The notes: generated by a model not told the origin, from the letters alone. Shown: positions 1-13,786, counted from the first letter of the whole stretch. The stretch is 63,430 bases of DNA, filler included, from Eremomyces bilateralis CBS 781.70 (GCA_010015585.1; 16 parts of 16 records of this genome joined end to end with filler, not necessarily neighbours in it); one strand, 5' to 3'. Translations and numbers: made by a program.

Positions 1-16
1 ATTATGATTCTGTATC

Positions 17-204
17 TGTTATGGGTTGAAAACCTTGGTTGGCTAAGGCTGGGAGCCTAAGCCTGATTAGGTTAAGGGTGAATCAGAGTCCAACCTCTCC
101 GATGTAAACAAGAAAGCTTCCCTTTCTTGTTCTCTTCTTTAGCTTAATCTAGAATATCTTTGGCTACGTGTATGTTGTGTACATCCAGCTACCGTGCCGT
201 AACA
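17..204. mobile_element. Solo LTR (188 bp) with 5-bp TSD GTATC
   Basis: TGTTA...TAACA termini; GTATC at 12-16 and 205-209. Confidence 0.85.
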
Positions 205-313
205 GTATCATTTCATATAGTAGCTTTATTTCCTCCAAAACATTCTTCTCGTCGACTTATATCGCGGTCGCTGTAGTAATGACCCATTCAATATAATAAA
301 GCCAGCAATCCAA

Positions 314-2861
314 TTAACCAAACTGACAATCGTTCACGTACTGACCGAGCACTTGATAAGTGAACCTATCCCTCTCCAGCTTCAAAATCTCCGACACTTG
401 ACGTCCTTGACGGTCCTTTAAATCCTTCTTCTTACTATTATTCGCCTGATTGCTTTCGAAACCCTTATAAACTAGATCGCCTTTATCATTATAAATCGTA
501 TCGCCCCTAGAATCATGAAGCAGCAAATGCAATCCGCACTTATCCCAAACCTTGAGCACGATAAACCCTGCCGCTAGCGCCGCCGCATGATCCAGTGCAA
601 CATCGATGTTGAACGCGTCTATCCCCGACTCCACACGGCTATGTTGGCTGAACGGCCCGACGAACGCGCCGCGAAACATCAGCGGCTTCTTGAATTCGTT
701 CTGGAGCAGGTAAAGCAGGATGGTTTGCTCCTTGAGTCGGGATGCGTGTGCGAGCTCCGACACGCTGCGGCAGATGATCTGGCCGCGCAAGAAATCGTGC
801 CATGGCCATTCCTCGACATATCGGCTTTTGGCGCCGATAAGGAAGGCCCCAGCGAGCAGCCAGCCGAAGGTGACGAATTGGAAGGGATCGACGCCTTCGA
901 TCTTTTCGCCGACAAGGAATGGGACACAGAGCGAGCCGAGTATGATGACGATGGCGACGGCCAGGACAACAGTCGAGTACTTTGTTGTTTTAATGCGGAC
1001 AGAGTTTTCACATATCGCCCAGCTCTCTTGCTCTGATTCTCCCCTCTTGTAGTCATTGAAAAGCCCGAAAGCTTTCCTCCTCAACTCCATGGCAGCGTGG
1101 CTCTGAATGGGGTTCCGACGCTCTTTGAGACTTTTCATTTCCTCTGTATGACGGAATCCGTTGTTAGCGATTCCAAATAGTTTTGAGTTAGCATAATGAG
1201 TTACCTTCTAAACCCGTGAAGAGAGGACTCTGCGAACTCGGAATCGTATCCGAGTGAATCATCGTCGGTAGCCCGATCTTTTTAGGGGTAGTGATCGAGA
1301 ACTCTAGTTCAAGGGTTTCTTCACGGGGTCGGTCCAACTTTTGCGAGTCCGGGTCCTTATAAGCAATCGTCCAAGCCAGTGCAGAGTGAAGTTGTTCGAC
1401 CATGTCAGAGTTTTTCATGAAGCTAAGAGGTACTAATAGGGAAATAATATCGTCGAGCTGATCCGTTCTCTTTTCTCCCTTAGCCCGATATATGGGAGAA
1501 ACTTCTCCCTTCACAATATGGTGCCAGCAGACATTTGCCACGTTCGGCGCCTCTGGATCACAATTTACAATGCGCTGGGAGTTCGAGACCAGTAATTGGA
1601 ATGCCGTGTGGCTATATCGGAACTCTTCGCCGTCAGATGTTGTTGAGATTTGGCCGTTCTGGTGCACAGCTAGCTGGCGCAATGTTCGGTTCAATCCATC
1701 TCGGTAAATGAGAGTGCGTACTGGCAATGCGACCGAATCCGAACCCAGGAGTCTGGTGTTCAAGTTGCTCAACATCCCATTAACCAGTTGAAGCAAAATA
1801 TCCCTGAAGTGGCTCTTTGACTCATAGTACGACGCGGCTAGATTTGGGTCGTCAGGGAAGACGACCTTTGCCCCCTCTTCTCCTGAATTCACATGTGGGA
1901 TCTTAACTTTTATCCAGTCTTCATCTTCCTGCTCCGTTTGGATTTGTCGCATTACATCTTCTCCTTTAGCTAGAGCCTTTTCCACCCAATGGACCGGATC
2001 TAAAGCGATAAACTTGAGTTTGACTGCCCATCTTGCCATAACTGCAATGATGTGAGCATTCCAAGAATCATTTTTTGCGATATGCATGAGCCACCAGGCC
2101 AAACATTTGAAAACAAAATCGACCAAAGCATGATAGACTTTGATGTTGTTGGCTTCGTCGTCCAACCGCTTCGGTTCGCGACCATTGATTCGAATCGTCC
2201 CGTGGGGTTCTCTCTGGTAACGCTCTCTGATAAGATCTCGGGCTTGCTTGAAACTTCTGTAAAAATCATAACGGTGGAAGTGCTCTAGGATCAACAGATA
2301 GTTGTCATGGTTGATAACTTGGAGGTGAGTTTCGATTTGGTCAAGCACTTTCGCCAGATCCTGAAATCCTTCTGGGTTGGTAGTACCCAAGATGCCGTTG
2401 CTTTTGAATAGGGGTGGCTTATCAGAACGTGCAAACTCGGCGTACTTGGCTATCTCCTTCTTGATCATGGCATTCTCGTCTTCTAATGTGAGGCCAGATA
2501 TTATAGCATTCTCAAACCTAGGGAGATTTTCGAAGACGTAAGTCCCGTTCGTCCAGCGTTGATAATCCGTTGCTGCCTGAAATATTCGATCTTCATCTAG
2601 TTGGACTAAGATTCTTGGTATTTTCGCAGAGTTATCAGGCCAGCGAAGACCTAGTTCGACGGGTTCGAAGCCGATATTCTTCTCCTCATGACTTAAGTGA
2701 TTGATGAGCTTCACGGAGTAAGTAGAGAAGAATCGCATTACTTACTCGAAGCCCGATTCCGAGTTTACATGCTTGTGCGCGGCTACGGAGCCTCGACCAC
2801 GACCGTTTGCCGGGAAGGAATTAGTTCGCGGTTCAGGTCTAAATGAAGTTGTTCGCAACAT
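314..2861 (-). CDS. ~810-aa uncharacterised fungal protein with two C-terminal TM helices; complement(join(314..1143,1205..2691,2746..2861))
   Basis: ORFs 2742-2999, 1188-2738 and 314-1138 join in frame through GT-AG introns of 54 and 61 nt; hydrophobic segments flank GVDPF, followed by WPWHDFLRG; start codon tentative. Confidence 0.75.
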
Positions 2862-3565
2862 TGGTGAGGTCGCTAAGAAGTGCTTCTTCCAACTGCAATC
2901 GCTCAGCGGCCGAGTACTCGAAAAGTTGGAGCAAATGCCAACTGGCAGGTTCAACACCGTACCAGGACGCTGCCAAGGTAGAGATAGCTTTTCTATCACA
3001 GTGAAGTCGAAAATCTTCTACGTCCGTTTTCGCTAATGAAGCGCCGCCGACAAGATAGGCCTCTAAAATCCTGCAGTGCCGATAGCTGGGGCTATGCAGA
3101 CGGAAGGATTTTTCCTCAGCCTTGTCCTGCAACAAGGATATGGCCCATGTGATTTGACTGGTGACCAGCCCCAAAAGCCTACAGGGTAGATACCTGACGC
3201 ATGCAGAGTGAGGGATTTTTACTTATGGTGTCCTGCCACAAGAATTCGGCCGGTGTGATTTAACCGGAACCGGCCTCAATTATCGTACGACATGGCCTCA
3301 CCGGTCAGTAGTAAGAACCCGCCTTGAATCGCAGCCTTAATACCTAAAAGACCCTTCTGAACATTTGTTCGGTTCTTTTATCACATCTGCTTCAAGCGTG
3401 ACGAGGAGGTTTACTATCTCTTCTTGTTGGGTATGAGCTGGCATGAACCTATTCTGGTGGCCGTGAGGTCCGCGATCAGTCCCAGTGCCGACGCAACTTA
3501 ATTTCTCCTCCGATAATATTGGATTCGATTCCTTTTCAACTCTTTACTCTTGGATATATTTCACC

Positions 3566-5814
3566 ATGTCTGACGAAGACTATTCAAAGTTGAAAGACAA
3601 GGTAGCTGCCTCAGGGCAGGGGAAGACGGAAGAACCAAGTCCGAAAAACCACCACTCCAGATAACTTTAGAGTTAACCATTGCTAGATATCAAACATTCG
3701 GAAATTTCAATTCGGCAACAAGAGCCGAAAAGCGGAGGTCCGGCAATTATCACGGAGAAATCAGGAACTGTTCGCCCAGATAGACAGTTTCCAGAGTACG
3801 CCATGGTTATCCGGGACAAAATCAATGCCAAATACGAGCACCAAGGAACATTTCTCGAAATCCAATCATCGATTATGCAGGAAGCAATTCGAAGCGCCTT
3901 TAGTGAACACTCACAACTCGATGTTCGCGCGGACCCGATCATCTTTCAGAAGCCATATTATCCATTGTTTCAACGTCGAGACAAGATCAAAAAGATTGCG
4001 GAAGCCGCATTAACATCAAACGACGAAATGCGAAAGACGCATTTCAAATGGTTGCTGAAATTCATGGACGATAGTTTCCAGGAGCTGGAAATCATTCACA
4101 AGAGCCAGGTTGTGAAAGGTCTCATTGAATTTAAGCACGTCCAGATGATTTTTGCTAGTGGAGGCATTTTGGTTGGAGAGGAAAATGGACTTCAGGAATG
4201 TGTAATCTTACATGATATCAGTGACATTCTAGAAGATAAACAGAAGGGCGGCAATTACGTGAAACTCAGAGCTTTCAGATGGCAATACAACGGAACAATG
4301 TTTGGTCCTTCGCTCAAAAAGATCCGGTTGGATGAGTTTTCAGCAGCCCGGCAGATTACCGAGCTGGACTATTACCCTATTGAGGCTCTCTCGAAAGAAA
4401 AGAGGGAGAAGCTATTCGAGACATTGATCGAACGCGGTAAGAAGTGGTGCGAGACTGTCGAGGTTATAGATGGCAAGCATTACAAATACAACGGTAAGTA
4501 AGAGTATTTTCACGGCGCACAGATCGACTCTAATTTGTACTATAGGCGTTGTTCAAGTCCCAAGAAGGAATGTTAACAAGCCCTGGAAAATAGAACTTGT
4601 TCCAATACATGTAGGTCATTAAGTGACGTATCTCTACTGGAGGGATTAACGATTTCCAGGTATCCGGTCGCATCGTGTTAAGTCATGAATCATTCGTAGC
4701 CACATATCCTCGACTTGATGTTAGCCTTCATACAACAGCGCGTCGATCTCAGAATTATACCATCCAACCGCCAAAGCAAGAACAGGATGGTGAGCCGCTT
4801 GGTCTTCCTGAACTGGATATTTCAGAAGAGTCATGGATTCCAGAAGGCGACATCTGGAGCTGCGTGCCGAAAATGAACGGGGACGTTGAATTCGTACCAA
4901 GTCCGCTGCAAGCGTTAATCTGCCCTGCTTGGTCACCAGGATACAGCCTTTCCGAAAAAGAATGGGCGTATTTCGACATTAAGCGAGCCAAAGCTATTGA
5001 CTGGAAAGAAGACCCGATCCAGGAGCTTCAGCTCGATGACAACGAAAGGCAGATATTGGTTGATGTTGTTACGGAGCATCTGGAAAATGGAGCATTTCGT
5101 GATGTTGTTGGAGAGAAGGGACAGGGCTTGATTATTCTGCTTTACGGTCCTCCAGGATGTGGAAAGACTCTTACGGCAGGTGAGATGCAAATTGCGTGCG
5201 AATATTCCGAGATACAATTGTCTAACTACATAGTAGAGTTGATTGCAGAACAGAAGCGACGACCTCTTTTACGAATTTCTTGCGGTGATCTCGGCGAAGA
5301 TGCATGGCGTACGGACAGAGAACTTCATAACCTTCTCAAACTAGCACTGAAATGCTCCGCAGTCGTACTTATCGACGAAGCCGATGTATTCCTCTCAAAA
5401 AGAGCTGAAACCGGTACCGGCAATTACGACCACAATGGTCTTGTTGCGGTGTTCTTAAAACATCTCGAGTACTTTCCTGGCGTTATGTTTCTCACTTCGA
5501 ATCGAAAAGATGAGTTTGACGACGCGGCCGAATCTAGGATTCACATTCGTTTACAGTACGAGGCATTGGACGTTGATAGACAGGCAAATATCTGGAAATC
5601 GCATTTGAAGGGTTCTCATGTCCCTGAAGATTGGGATCTCGATGTTTGTCGAGAATTGGCAAGGAAGTACGACATCAACGGACGAGAAATCAAGAATTTG
5701 GTTCATGTTTCAACGGCTATCTGTCGGCAGAGAAACAGGAAGCTATCTATAAGCGATATTGAACAAGTGTATGCGTTGAGGCGCAAGCCAACTTCGAAGC
5801 CTATTCAGGTCTAA
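3566..5814 (+). CDS. AAA+ ATPase (fungal DUF7025-type N-terminus + AAA core + lid), ~680 aa; join(3566..3638,3687..4493,4546..4610,4660..5179,5237..5814)
   Basis: Walker A GPPGCGKT, Walker B VLIDEAD, TSNR sensor, SRIH arginine finger; four GT-AG introns restore one frame; the in-frame intron at 5180-5236 gives GKTLTAE. Confidence 0.85.
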
Positions 5815-5840
5815 GTGCGATCTCAGGGGGGGTTAGGAGG

Positions 5841-6299
5841 TGTAAGGGTCTCACTGTAGGGAACCTCCAATCGTGAGGCAAATATTGAATTATTGCTATA
5901 AAGGAGGAATCTATCTAAAGTGTGCGAGGCGTTATGTCCTGATACTGTAGAGCAAACGGGCCATAAGGCTACAAGGTATCTAGGTCTATAGACCTCTGAT
6001 CTATCATACTACCCCCTCCTTTAAAACACGCGAAGTCTACTAAGCGCTCTATCTAATGATATAATAAGGTCGTCGTCCTAATCATCTTTTTCTTTAATCA
6101 ATTTAGGCGTAAGCTATGCCAGAGCTCGTTATTTATAAAGGCTGGGTAGATATCCGGCGCTTCCTTATATTTCTCGTAATACGAGATAACGAGGTCCCTC
6201 GAGCCTATAATATCCTACTATAGCTACTACTCTAGTTTCTAATTCTACTTATTCTAGCTCTTATAATGAGCTTTATAGTTTATACTATAGAGTACCTTT
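5841..6299 (-). mobile_element. RIP-mutated 3' end of a Gypsy element (LTR family A: LTR 5841-6008, PPT, degenerate integrase tail)
   Basis: Reverse complement of 24525-24892 with many CpA>TpA changes. Confidence 0.85.
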
Positions 6300-6494
6300 T
6301 GTAAGAGTCTCACTGTCGGGAATCTCCAATCGTGAGGCAAACATTGAATTGTTGCTATGAAGGAGGAATCTATCTAAGGTGTGCGAGGCGTTTATCTGTT
6401 GTGAGGATGGATCACGTGACCATCAGTCACAGGAGACTTGGAACGAGTCTTGACAGACTCGAGGACTGCACATGACCCCGCTACTGCTAAGTCA
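6300..6494. mobile_element. Partial non-RIPped family A LTR (6300-6399) nested in the older copy, interrupted at ~6400 by another TG-starting repeat
   Basis: 6300-6399 matches the reverse complement of the family A LTR; similarity ends abruptly at TGTGAGGATGG. Confidence 0.7.
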
Positions 6495-6594
6495 NNNNNN
6501 NNNNNNNNNNNNNNNNNNNNNNNNNNNNNNNNNNNNNNTTAATTAATTAANNNNNNNNNNNNNNNNNNNNNNNNNNNNNNNNNNNNNNNNNNNN
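6495..6594. other. Artificial assembly linker (N run with central TTAATTAATTAA); first of 15
   Basis: Same 100-nt linker starts at 12739, 18700, 24425, 29676, 33894, 38033, 41805, 45116, 48405, 51585, 54313, 57017, 59253 and 61403. Confidence 0.98.
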
Positions 6595-6924
6595 CAGCCT
6601 TTATAAATAACGAGCTCTGGCATAGCTTACGCCTAAATTGATTAAAGAAAAAGATGATTAGGACGACGACCTTATTATATCATTAGATAGAGCGCTTAGT
6701 AGACTTCGCGTGTTTTAAAGGAGGGGGTAGTATGATAGATCAGAGGTCTATAGACCTAGATACCTTGTAGCCTTATGGCCCGTTTGCTCTACAGTATCAG
6801 GACATAACGCCTCGCACACTTTAGATAGATTCCTCCTTTATAGCAATAATTCAATATTTGCCTCACGATTGGAGGTTCCCTACAGTGAGACCCTTACACC
6901 TCCTAACCCCCCCTGAGATCGCAC

Positions 6925-9173
6925 TTAGACCTGAATAGGCTTCGAAGTTGGCTTGCGCCTCAACGCATACACTTGTTCAATATCGCTTATAGATAGCTTC
7001 CTGTTTCTCTGCCGACAGATAGCCGTTGAAACATGAACCAAATTCTTGATTTCTCGTCCGTTGATGTCGTACTTCCTTGCCAATTCTCGACAAACATCGA
7101 GATCCCAATCTTCAGGGACATGAGAACCCTTCAAATGCGATTTCCAGATATTTGCCTGTCTATCAACGTCCAATGCCTCGTACTGTAAACGAATGTGAAT
7201 CCTAGATTCGGCCGCGTCGTCAAACTCATCTTTTCGATTCGAAGTGAGAAACATAACGCCAGGAAAGTACTCGAGATGTTTTAAGAACACCGCAACAAGA
7301 CCATTGTGGTCGTAATTGCCGGTACCGGTTTCAGCTCTTTTTGAGAGGAATACATCGGCTTCGTCGATAAGTACGACTGCGGAGCATTTCAGTGCTAGTT
7401 TGAGAAGGTTATGAAGTTCTCTGTCCGTACGCCATGCATCTTCGCCGAGATCACCGCAAGAAATTCGTAAAAGAGGTCGTCGCTTCTGTTCTGCAATCAA
7501 CTCTACTATGTAGTTAGACAATTGTATCTCGGAATATTCGCACGCAATTTGCATCTCACCTGCCGTAAGAGTCTTTCCACATCCTGGAGGACCGTAAAGC
7601 AGAATAATCAAGCCCTGTCCCTTCTCTCCAACAACATCACGAAATGCTCCATTTTCCAGATGCTCCGTAACAACATCAACCAATATCTGCCTTTCGTTGT
7701 CATCGAGCTGAAGCTCCTGGATCGGGTCTTCTTTCCAGTCAATAGCTTTGGCTCGCTTAATGTCGAAATACGCCCATTCTTTTTCGGAAAGGCTGTATCC
7801 TGGTGACCAAGCAGGGCAGATTAACGCTTGCAGCGGACTTGGTACGAATTCAACGTCCCCGTTCATTTTCGGCACGCAGCTCCAGATGTCGCCTTCTGGA
7901 ATCCATGACTCTTCTGAAATATCCAGTTCAGGAAGACCAAGCGGCTCACCATCCTGTTCTTGCTTTGGCGGTTGGATGGTATAATTCTGAGATCGACGCG
8001 CTGTTGTATGAAGGCTAACATCAAGTCGAGGATATGTGGCTACGAATGATTCATGACTTAACACGATGCGACCGGATACCTGGAAATCGTTAATCCCTCC
8101 AGTAGAGATACGTCACTTAATGACCTACATGTATTGGAACAAGTTCTATTTTCCAGGGCTTGTTAACATTCCTTCTTGGGACTTGAACAACGCCTATAGT
8201 ACAAATTAGAGTCGATCTGTGCGCCGTGAAAATACTCTTACTTACCGTTGTATTTGTAATGCTTGCCATCTATAACCTCGACAGTCTCGCACCACTTCTT
8301 ACCGCGTTCGATCAATGTCTCGAATAGCTTCTCCCTCTTTTCTTTCGAGAGAGCCTCAATAGGGTAATAGTCCAGCTCGGTAATCTGCCGGGCTGCTGAA
8401 AACTCATCCAACCGGATCTTTTTGAGCGAAGGACCAAACATTGTTCCGTTGTATTGCCATCTGAAAGCTCTGAGTTTCACGTAATTGCCGCCCTTCTGTT
8501 TATCTTCTAGAATGTCACTGATATCATGTAAGATTACACATTCCTGAAGTCCATTTTCCTCTCCAACCAAAATGCCTCCACTAGCAAAAATCATCTGGAC
8601 GTGCTTAAATTCAATGAGACCTTTCACAACCTGGCTCTTGTGAATGATTTCCAGCTCCTGGAAACTATCGTCCATGAATTTCAGCAACCATTTGAAATGC
8701 GTCTTTCGCATTTCGTCGTTTGATGTTAATGCGGCTTCCGCAATCTTTTTGATCTTGTCTCGACGTTGAAACAATGGATAATATGGCTTCTGAAAGATGA
8801 TCGGGTCCGCGCGAACATCGAGTTGTGAGTGTTCACTAAAGGCGCTTCGAATTGCTTCCTGCATAATCGATGATTGGATTTCGAGAAATGTTCCTTGGTG
8901 CTCGTATTTGGCATTGATTTTGTCCCGGATAACCATGGCGTACTCTGGAAACTGTCTATCTGGGCGAACAGTTCCTGATTTCTCCGTGATAATTGCCGGA
9001 CCTCCGCTTTTCGGCTCTTGTTGCCGAATTGAAATTTCCGAATGTTTGATATCTAGCAATGGTTAACTCTAAAGTTATCTGGAGTGGTGGTTTTTCGGAC
9101 TTGGTTCTTCCGTCTTCCCCTGCCCTGAGGCAGCTACCTTGTCTTTCAACTTTGAATAGTCTTCGTCAGACAT
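6925..9173 (-). CDS. AAA+ ATPase, duplicate of 3566-5814
   Basis: Identical mirrored ORFs 6925-8064 and 8238-9059. Confidence 0.8.
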
Positions 9174-9877
9174 GGTGAAATATATCCAAGAGTAAAGAGT
9201 TGAAAAGGAATCGAATCCAATATTATCGGAGGAGAAATTAAGTTGCGTCGGCACTGGGACTGATCGCGGACCTCACGGCCACCAGAATAGGTTCATGCCA
9301 GCTCATACCCAACAAGAAGAGATAGTAAACCTCCTCGTCACGCTTGAAGCAGATGTGATAAAAGAACCGAACAAATGTTCAGAAGGGTCTTTTAGGTATT
9401 AAGGCTGCGATTCAAGGCGGGTTCTTACTACTGACCGGTGAGGCCATGTCGTACGATAATTGAGGCCGGTTCCGGTTAAATCACACCGGCCGAATTCTTG
9501 TGGCAGGACACCATAAGTAAAAATCCCTCACTCTGCATGCGTCAGGTATCTACCCTGTAGGCTTTTGGGGCTGGTCACCAGTCAAATCACATGGGCCATA
9601 TCCTTGTTGCAGGACAAGGCTGAGGAAAAATCCTTCCGTCTGCATAGCCCCAGCTATCGGCACTGCAGGATTTTAGAGGCCTATCTTGTCGGCGGCGCTT
9701 CATTAGCGAAAACGGACGTAGAAGATTTTCGACTTCACTGTGATAGAAAAGCTATCTCTACCTTGGCAGCGTCCTGGTACGGTGTTGAACCTGCCAGTTG
9801 GCATTTGCTCCAACTTTTCGAGTACTCGGCCGCTGAGCGATTGCAGTTGGAAGAAGCACTTCTTAGCGACCTCACCA

Positions 9878-12425
9878 ATGTTGCGAACAACTTCATTTAG
9901 ACCTGAACCGCGAACTAATTCCTTCCCGGCAAACGGTCGTGGTCGAGGCTCCGTAGCCGCGCACAAGCATGTAAACTCGGAATCGGGCTTCGAGTAAGTA
10001 ATGCGATTCTTCTCTACTTACTCCGTGAAGCTCATCAATCACTTAAGTCATGAGGAGAAGAATATCGGCTTCGAACCCGTCGAACTAGGTCTTCGCTGGC
10101 CTGATAACTCTGCGAAAATACCAAGAATCTTAGTCCAACTAGATGAAGATCGAATATTTCAGGCAGCAACGGATTATCAACGCTGGACGAACGGGACTTA
10201 CGTCTTCGAAAATCTCCCTAGGTTTGAGAATGCTATAATATCTGGCCTCACATTAGAAGACGAGAATGCCATGATCAAGAAGGAGATAGCCAAGTACGCC
10301 GAGTTTGCACGTTCTGATAAGCCACCCCTATTCAAAAGCAACGGCATCTTGGGTACTACCAACCCAGAAGGATTTCAGGATCTGGCGAAAGTGCTTGACC
10401 AAATCGAAACTCACCTCCAAGTTATCAACCATGACAACTATCTGTTGATCCTAGAGCACTTCCACCGTTATGATTTTTACAGAAGTTTCAAGCAAGCCCG
10501 AGATCTTATCAGAGAGCGTTACCAGAGAGAACCCCACGGGACGATTCGAATCAATGGTCGCGAACCGAAGCGGTTGGACGACGAAGCCAACAACATCAAA
10601 GTCTATCATGCTTTGGTCGATTTTGTTTTCAAATGTTTGGCCTGGTGGCTCATGCATATCGCAAAAAATGATTCTTGGAATGCTCACATCATTGCAGTTA
10701 TGGCAAGATGGGCAGTCAAACTCAAGTTTATCGCTTTAGATCCGGTCCATTGGGTGGAAAAGGCTCTAGCTAAAGGAGAAGATGTAATGCGACAAATCCA
10801 AACGGAGCAGGAAGATGAAGACTGGATAAAAGTTAAGATCCCACATGTGAATTCAGGAGAAGAGGGGGCAAAGGTCGTCTTCCCTGACGACCCAAATCTA
10901 GCCGCGTCGTACTATGAGTCAAAGAGCCACTTCAGGGATATTTTGCTTCAACTGGTTAATGGGATGTTGAGCAACTTGAACACCAGACTCCTGGGTTCGG
11001 ATTCGGTCGCATTGCCAGTACGCACTCTCATTTACCGAGATGGATTGAACCGAACATTGCGCCAGCTAGCTGTGCACCAGAACGGCCAAATCTCAACAAC
11101 ATCTGACGGCGAAGAGTTCCGATATAGCCACACGGCATTCCAATTACTGGTCTCGAACTCCCAGCGCATTGTAAATTGTGATCCAGAGGCGCCGAACGTG
11201 GCAAATGTCTGCTGGCACCATATTGTGAAGGGAGAAGTTTCTCCCATATATCGGGCTAAGGGAGAAAAGAGAACGGATCAGCTCGACGATATTATTTCCC
11301 TATTAGTACCTCTTAGCTTCATGAAAAACTCTGACATGGTCGAACAACTTCACTCTGCACTGGCTTGGACGATTGCTTATAAGGACCCGGACTCGCAAAA
11401 GTTGGACCGACCCCGTGAAGAAACCCTTGAACTAGAGTTCTCGATCACTACCCCTAAAAAGATCGGGCTACCGACGATGATTCACTCGGATACGATTCCG
11501 AGTTCGCAGAGTCCTCTCTTCACGGGTTTAGAAGGTAACTCATTATGCTAACTCAAAACTATTTGGAATCGCTAACAACGGATTCCGTCATACAGAGGAA
11601 ATGAAAAGTCTCAAAGAGCGTCGGAACCCCATTCAGAGCCACGCTGCCATGGAGTTGAGGAGGAAAGCTTTCGGGCTTTTCAATGACTACAAGAGGGGAG
11701 AATCAGAGCAAGAGAGCTGGGCGATATGTGAAAACTCTGTCCGCATTAAAACAACAAAGTACTCGACTGTTGTCCTGGCCGTCGCCATCGTCATCATACT
11801 CGGCTCGCTCTGTGTCCCATTCCTTGTCGGCGAAAAGATCGAAGGCGTCGATCCCTTCCAATTCGTCACCTTCGGCTGGCTGCTCGCTGGGGCCTTCCTT
11901 ATCGGCGCCAAAAGCCGATATGTCGAGGAATGGCCATGGCACGATTTCTTGCGCGGCCAGATCATCTGCCGCAGCGTGTCGGAGCTCGCACACGCATCCC
12001 GACTCAAGGAGCAAACCATCCTGCTTTACCTGCTCCAGAACGAATTCAAGAAGCCGCTGATGTTTCGCGGCGCGTTCGTCGGGCCGTTCAGCCAACATAG
12101 CCGTGTGGAGTCGGGGATAGACGCGTTCAACATCGATGTTGCACTGGATCATGCGGCGGCGCTAGCGGCAGGGTTTATCGTGCTCAAGGTTTGGGATAAG
12201 TGCGGATTGCATTTGCTGCTTCATGATTCTAGGGGCGATACGATTTATAATGATAAAGGCGATCTAGTTTATAAGGGTTTCGAAAGCAATCAGGCGAATA
12301 ATAGTAAGAAGAAGGATTTAAAGGACCGTCAAGGACGTCAAGTGTCGGAGATTTTGAAGCTGGAGAGGGATAGGTTCACTTATCAAGTGCTCGGTCAGTA
12401 CGTGAACGATTGTCAGTTTGGTTAA
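9878..12425 (+). CDS. Two-TM uncharacterised protein, duplicate of 314-2861; join(9878..9993,10048..11534,11596..12425)
   Basis: Donors GTAAGT (9994) and GTAACT (11535); acceptors at 10047 and 11595. Confidence 0.75.
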
Positions 12426-12534
12426 TTGGATTGCTGGCTTTATTATATTGAATGGGTCATTACTACAGCGACCGCGATATAAGTCGACGAGAAGAATGTT
12501 TTGGAGGAAATAAAGCTACTATATGAAATGATAC

Positions 12535-12722
12535 TGTTACGGCACGGTAGCTGGATGTACACAACATACACGTAGCCAAAGATATTCTAGATTAAGCTAA
12601 AGAAGAGAACAAGAAAGGGAAGCTTTCTTGTTTACATCGGAGAGGTTGGACTCTGATTCACCCTTAACCTAATCAGGCTTAGGCTCCCAGCCTTAGCCAA
12701 CCAAGGTTTTCAACCCATAACA
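12535..12722. mobile_element. Solo LTR, mirror of 17-204
   Basis: Part of the inverted duplicate. Confidence 0.8.
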
Positions 12723-13040
12723 GATACAGAATCATAATNNNNNNNNNNNNNNNNNNNNNNNNNNNNNNNNNNNNNNNNNNNNTTAATTAATTAANNNNNN
12801 NNNNNNNNNNNNNNNNNNNNNNNNNNNNNNNNNNNNNNTTTGGATTGTCGACGAAGGTTGGGGACTTGGGGTAGGAGGAGTACAAACCACGTAAAACTCA
12901 CGTGAATATCATGTGATTTAAGGTCTAGTTAGAAAGTTTGTTGTCTCCCCTCGTGCGACCAAAGACCTTAAGGAACTTCGTTCCTCCAGGCATTTCTTCG
13001 CTGTAGAAGTGTAGAAGAGGACGCAATCGGGAACGGAAAG

Positions 13041-13786
13041 ATGCGTCAGAGTAACGTTGACCGCGATAATTGGAGGGTGTCGTGTCGAGAGAGACTCTCA
13101 AGCCACATTCGTAAGTTCACTAAAGACTTCTATCAGCGTTTTGCTAAAAACACTTAAAGGAAACACGCTTGGAATCATGGTAAAGCCATCCGAAGTTCGT
13201 CTCAGTCCGGGACCAAATGATCCATACGCTTGGAAGATCTTGCCTGAGAAGCATCTGGCTTTCTCGGAGATCTTCTCTAAGAATCTAAGTCAGCATTCTA
13301 TTAATGCATATAAAGCCTTATGCGAAGGTGTTGGAATCTCATTTGAGGCAGTGTATGCAAGTACGAATGATACAAACAAATTAAATCAGCTAACACCGGT
13401 AAGTCAAATATACCGTGTCCTCAGACTTCTCTAATTACATAATATAGCTACAATTGGACGACATCAGCTTTAGCACGAAGATTGAGCATCTTCAAAGTGC
13501 AAATATCAAGCTGCTGGAGGAGATGGAAGCATGGAAGGAGAAGGCCGTCGTAGAATCTGAGCGAGCAAAACTTACAGATGAACAGTACCGCAGACTCCGT
13601 GAGAGTTCAGAAGAACAGCTACGTAAGATATGTGAGAGTAATCAACACCTTCAAGAGCAAGTGGAGAACTCTGCTGCTAGCACGGAATACTTGAAGAATA
13701 CGCTTTTAAAGTGTGTTCAGGGGTTAGGGACAGCAGTGCCAATGTTGGAGGAATTGAGGAAGGGAATATCATTCGTAGTTTCTTGA
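13041..13786 (+). CDS. Hypothetical coiled-coil protein, ~215 aa; join(13041..13110,13160..13398,13448..13786)
   Basis: Two GTAAGT...AG introns with CTAA-type branch sites give one frame; E/Q/K-rich heptads in the C-terminal half. Confidence 0.7.

Larger units (their letters stand above)
6595..12738. repeat. Reverse-complement duplicate of 1-6144
   Basis: Position i maps to 12739-i; mirrored ORFs have identical translations. Confidence 0.97.

Noticed and set aside
6539..6550. Recurrent TTAATTAATTAA motif
   Set aside because: Six-frame stop cassette inside N padding
9446..9900. Extra upstream exons or ORF for the TM-protein gene
   Set aside because: ATG 9446 hits TGA after five codons; ORF 9565-9900 has no ATG and is in a different frame from the supported exon
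1..12738. Giant palindrome or long-TIR element centred on 6495-6594
   Set aside because: The centre is an artificial linker, so order and orientation of the two contigs are arbitrary
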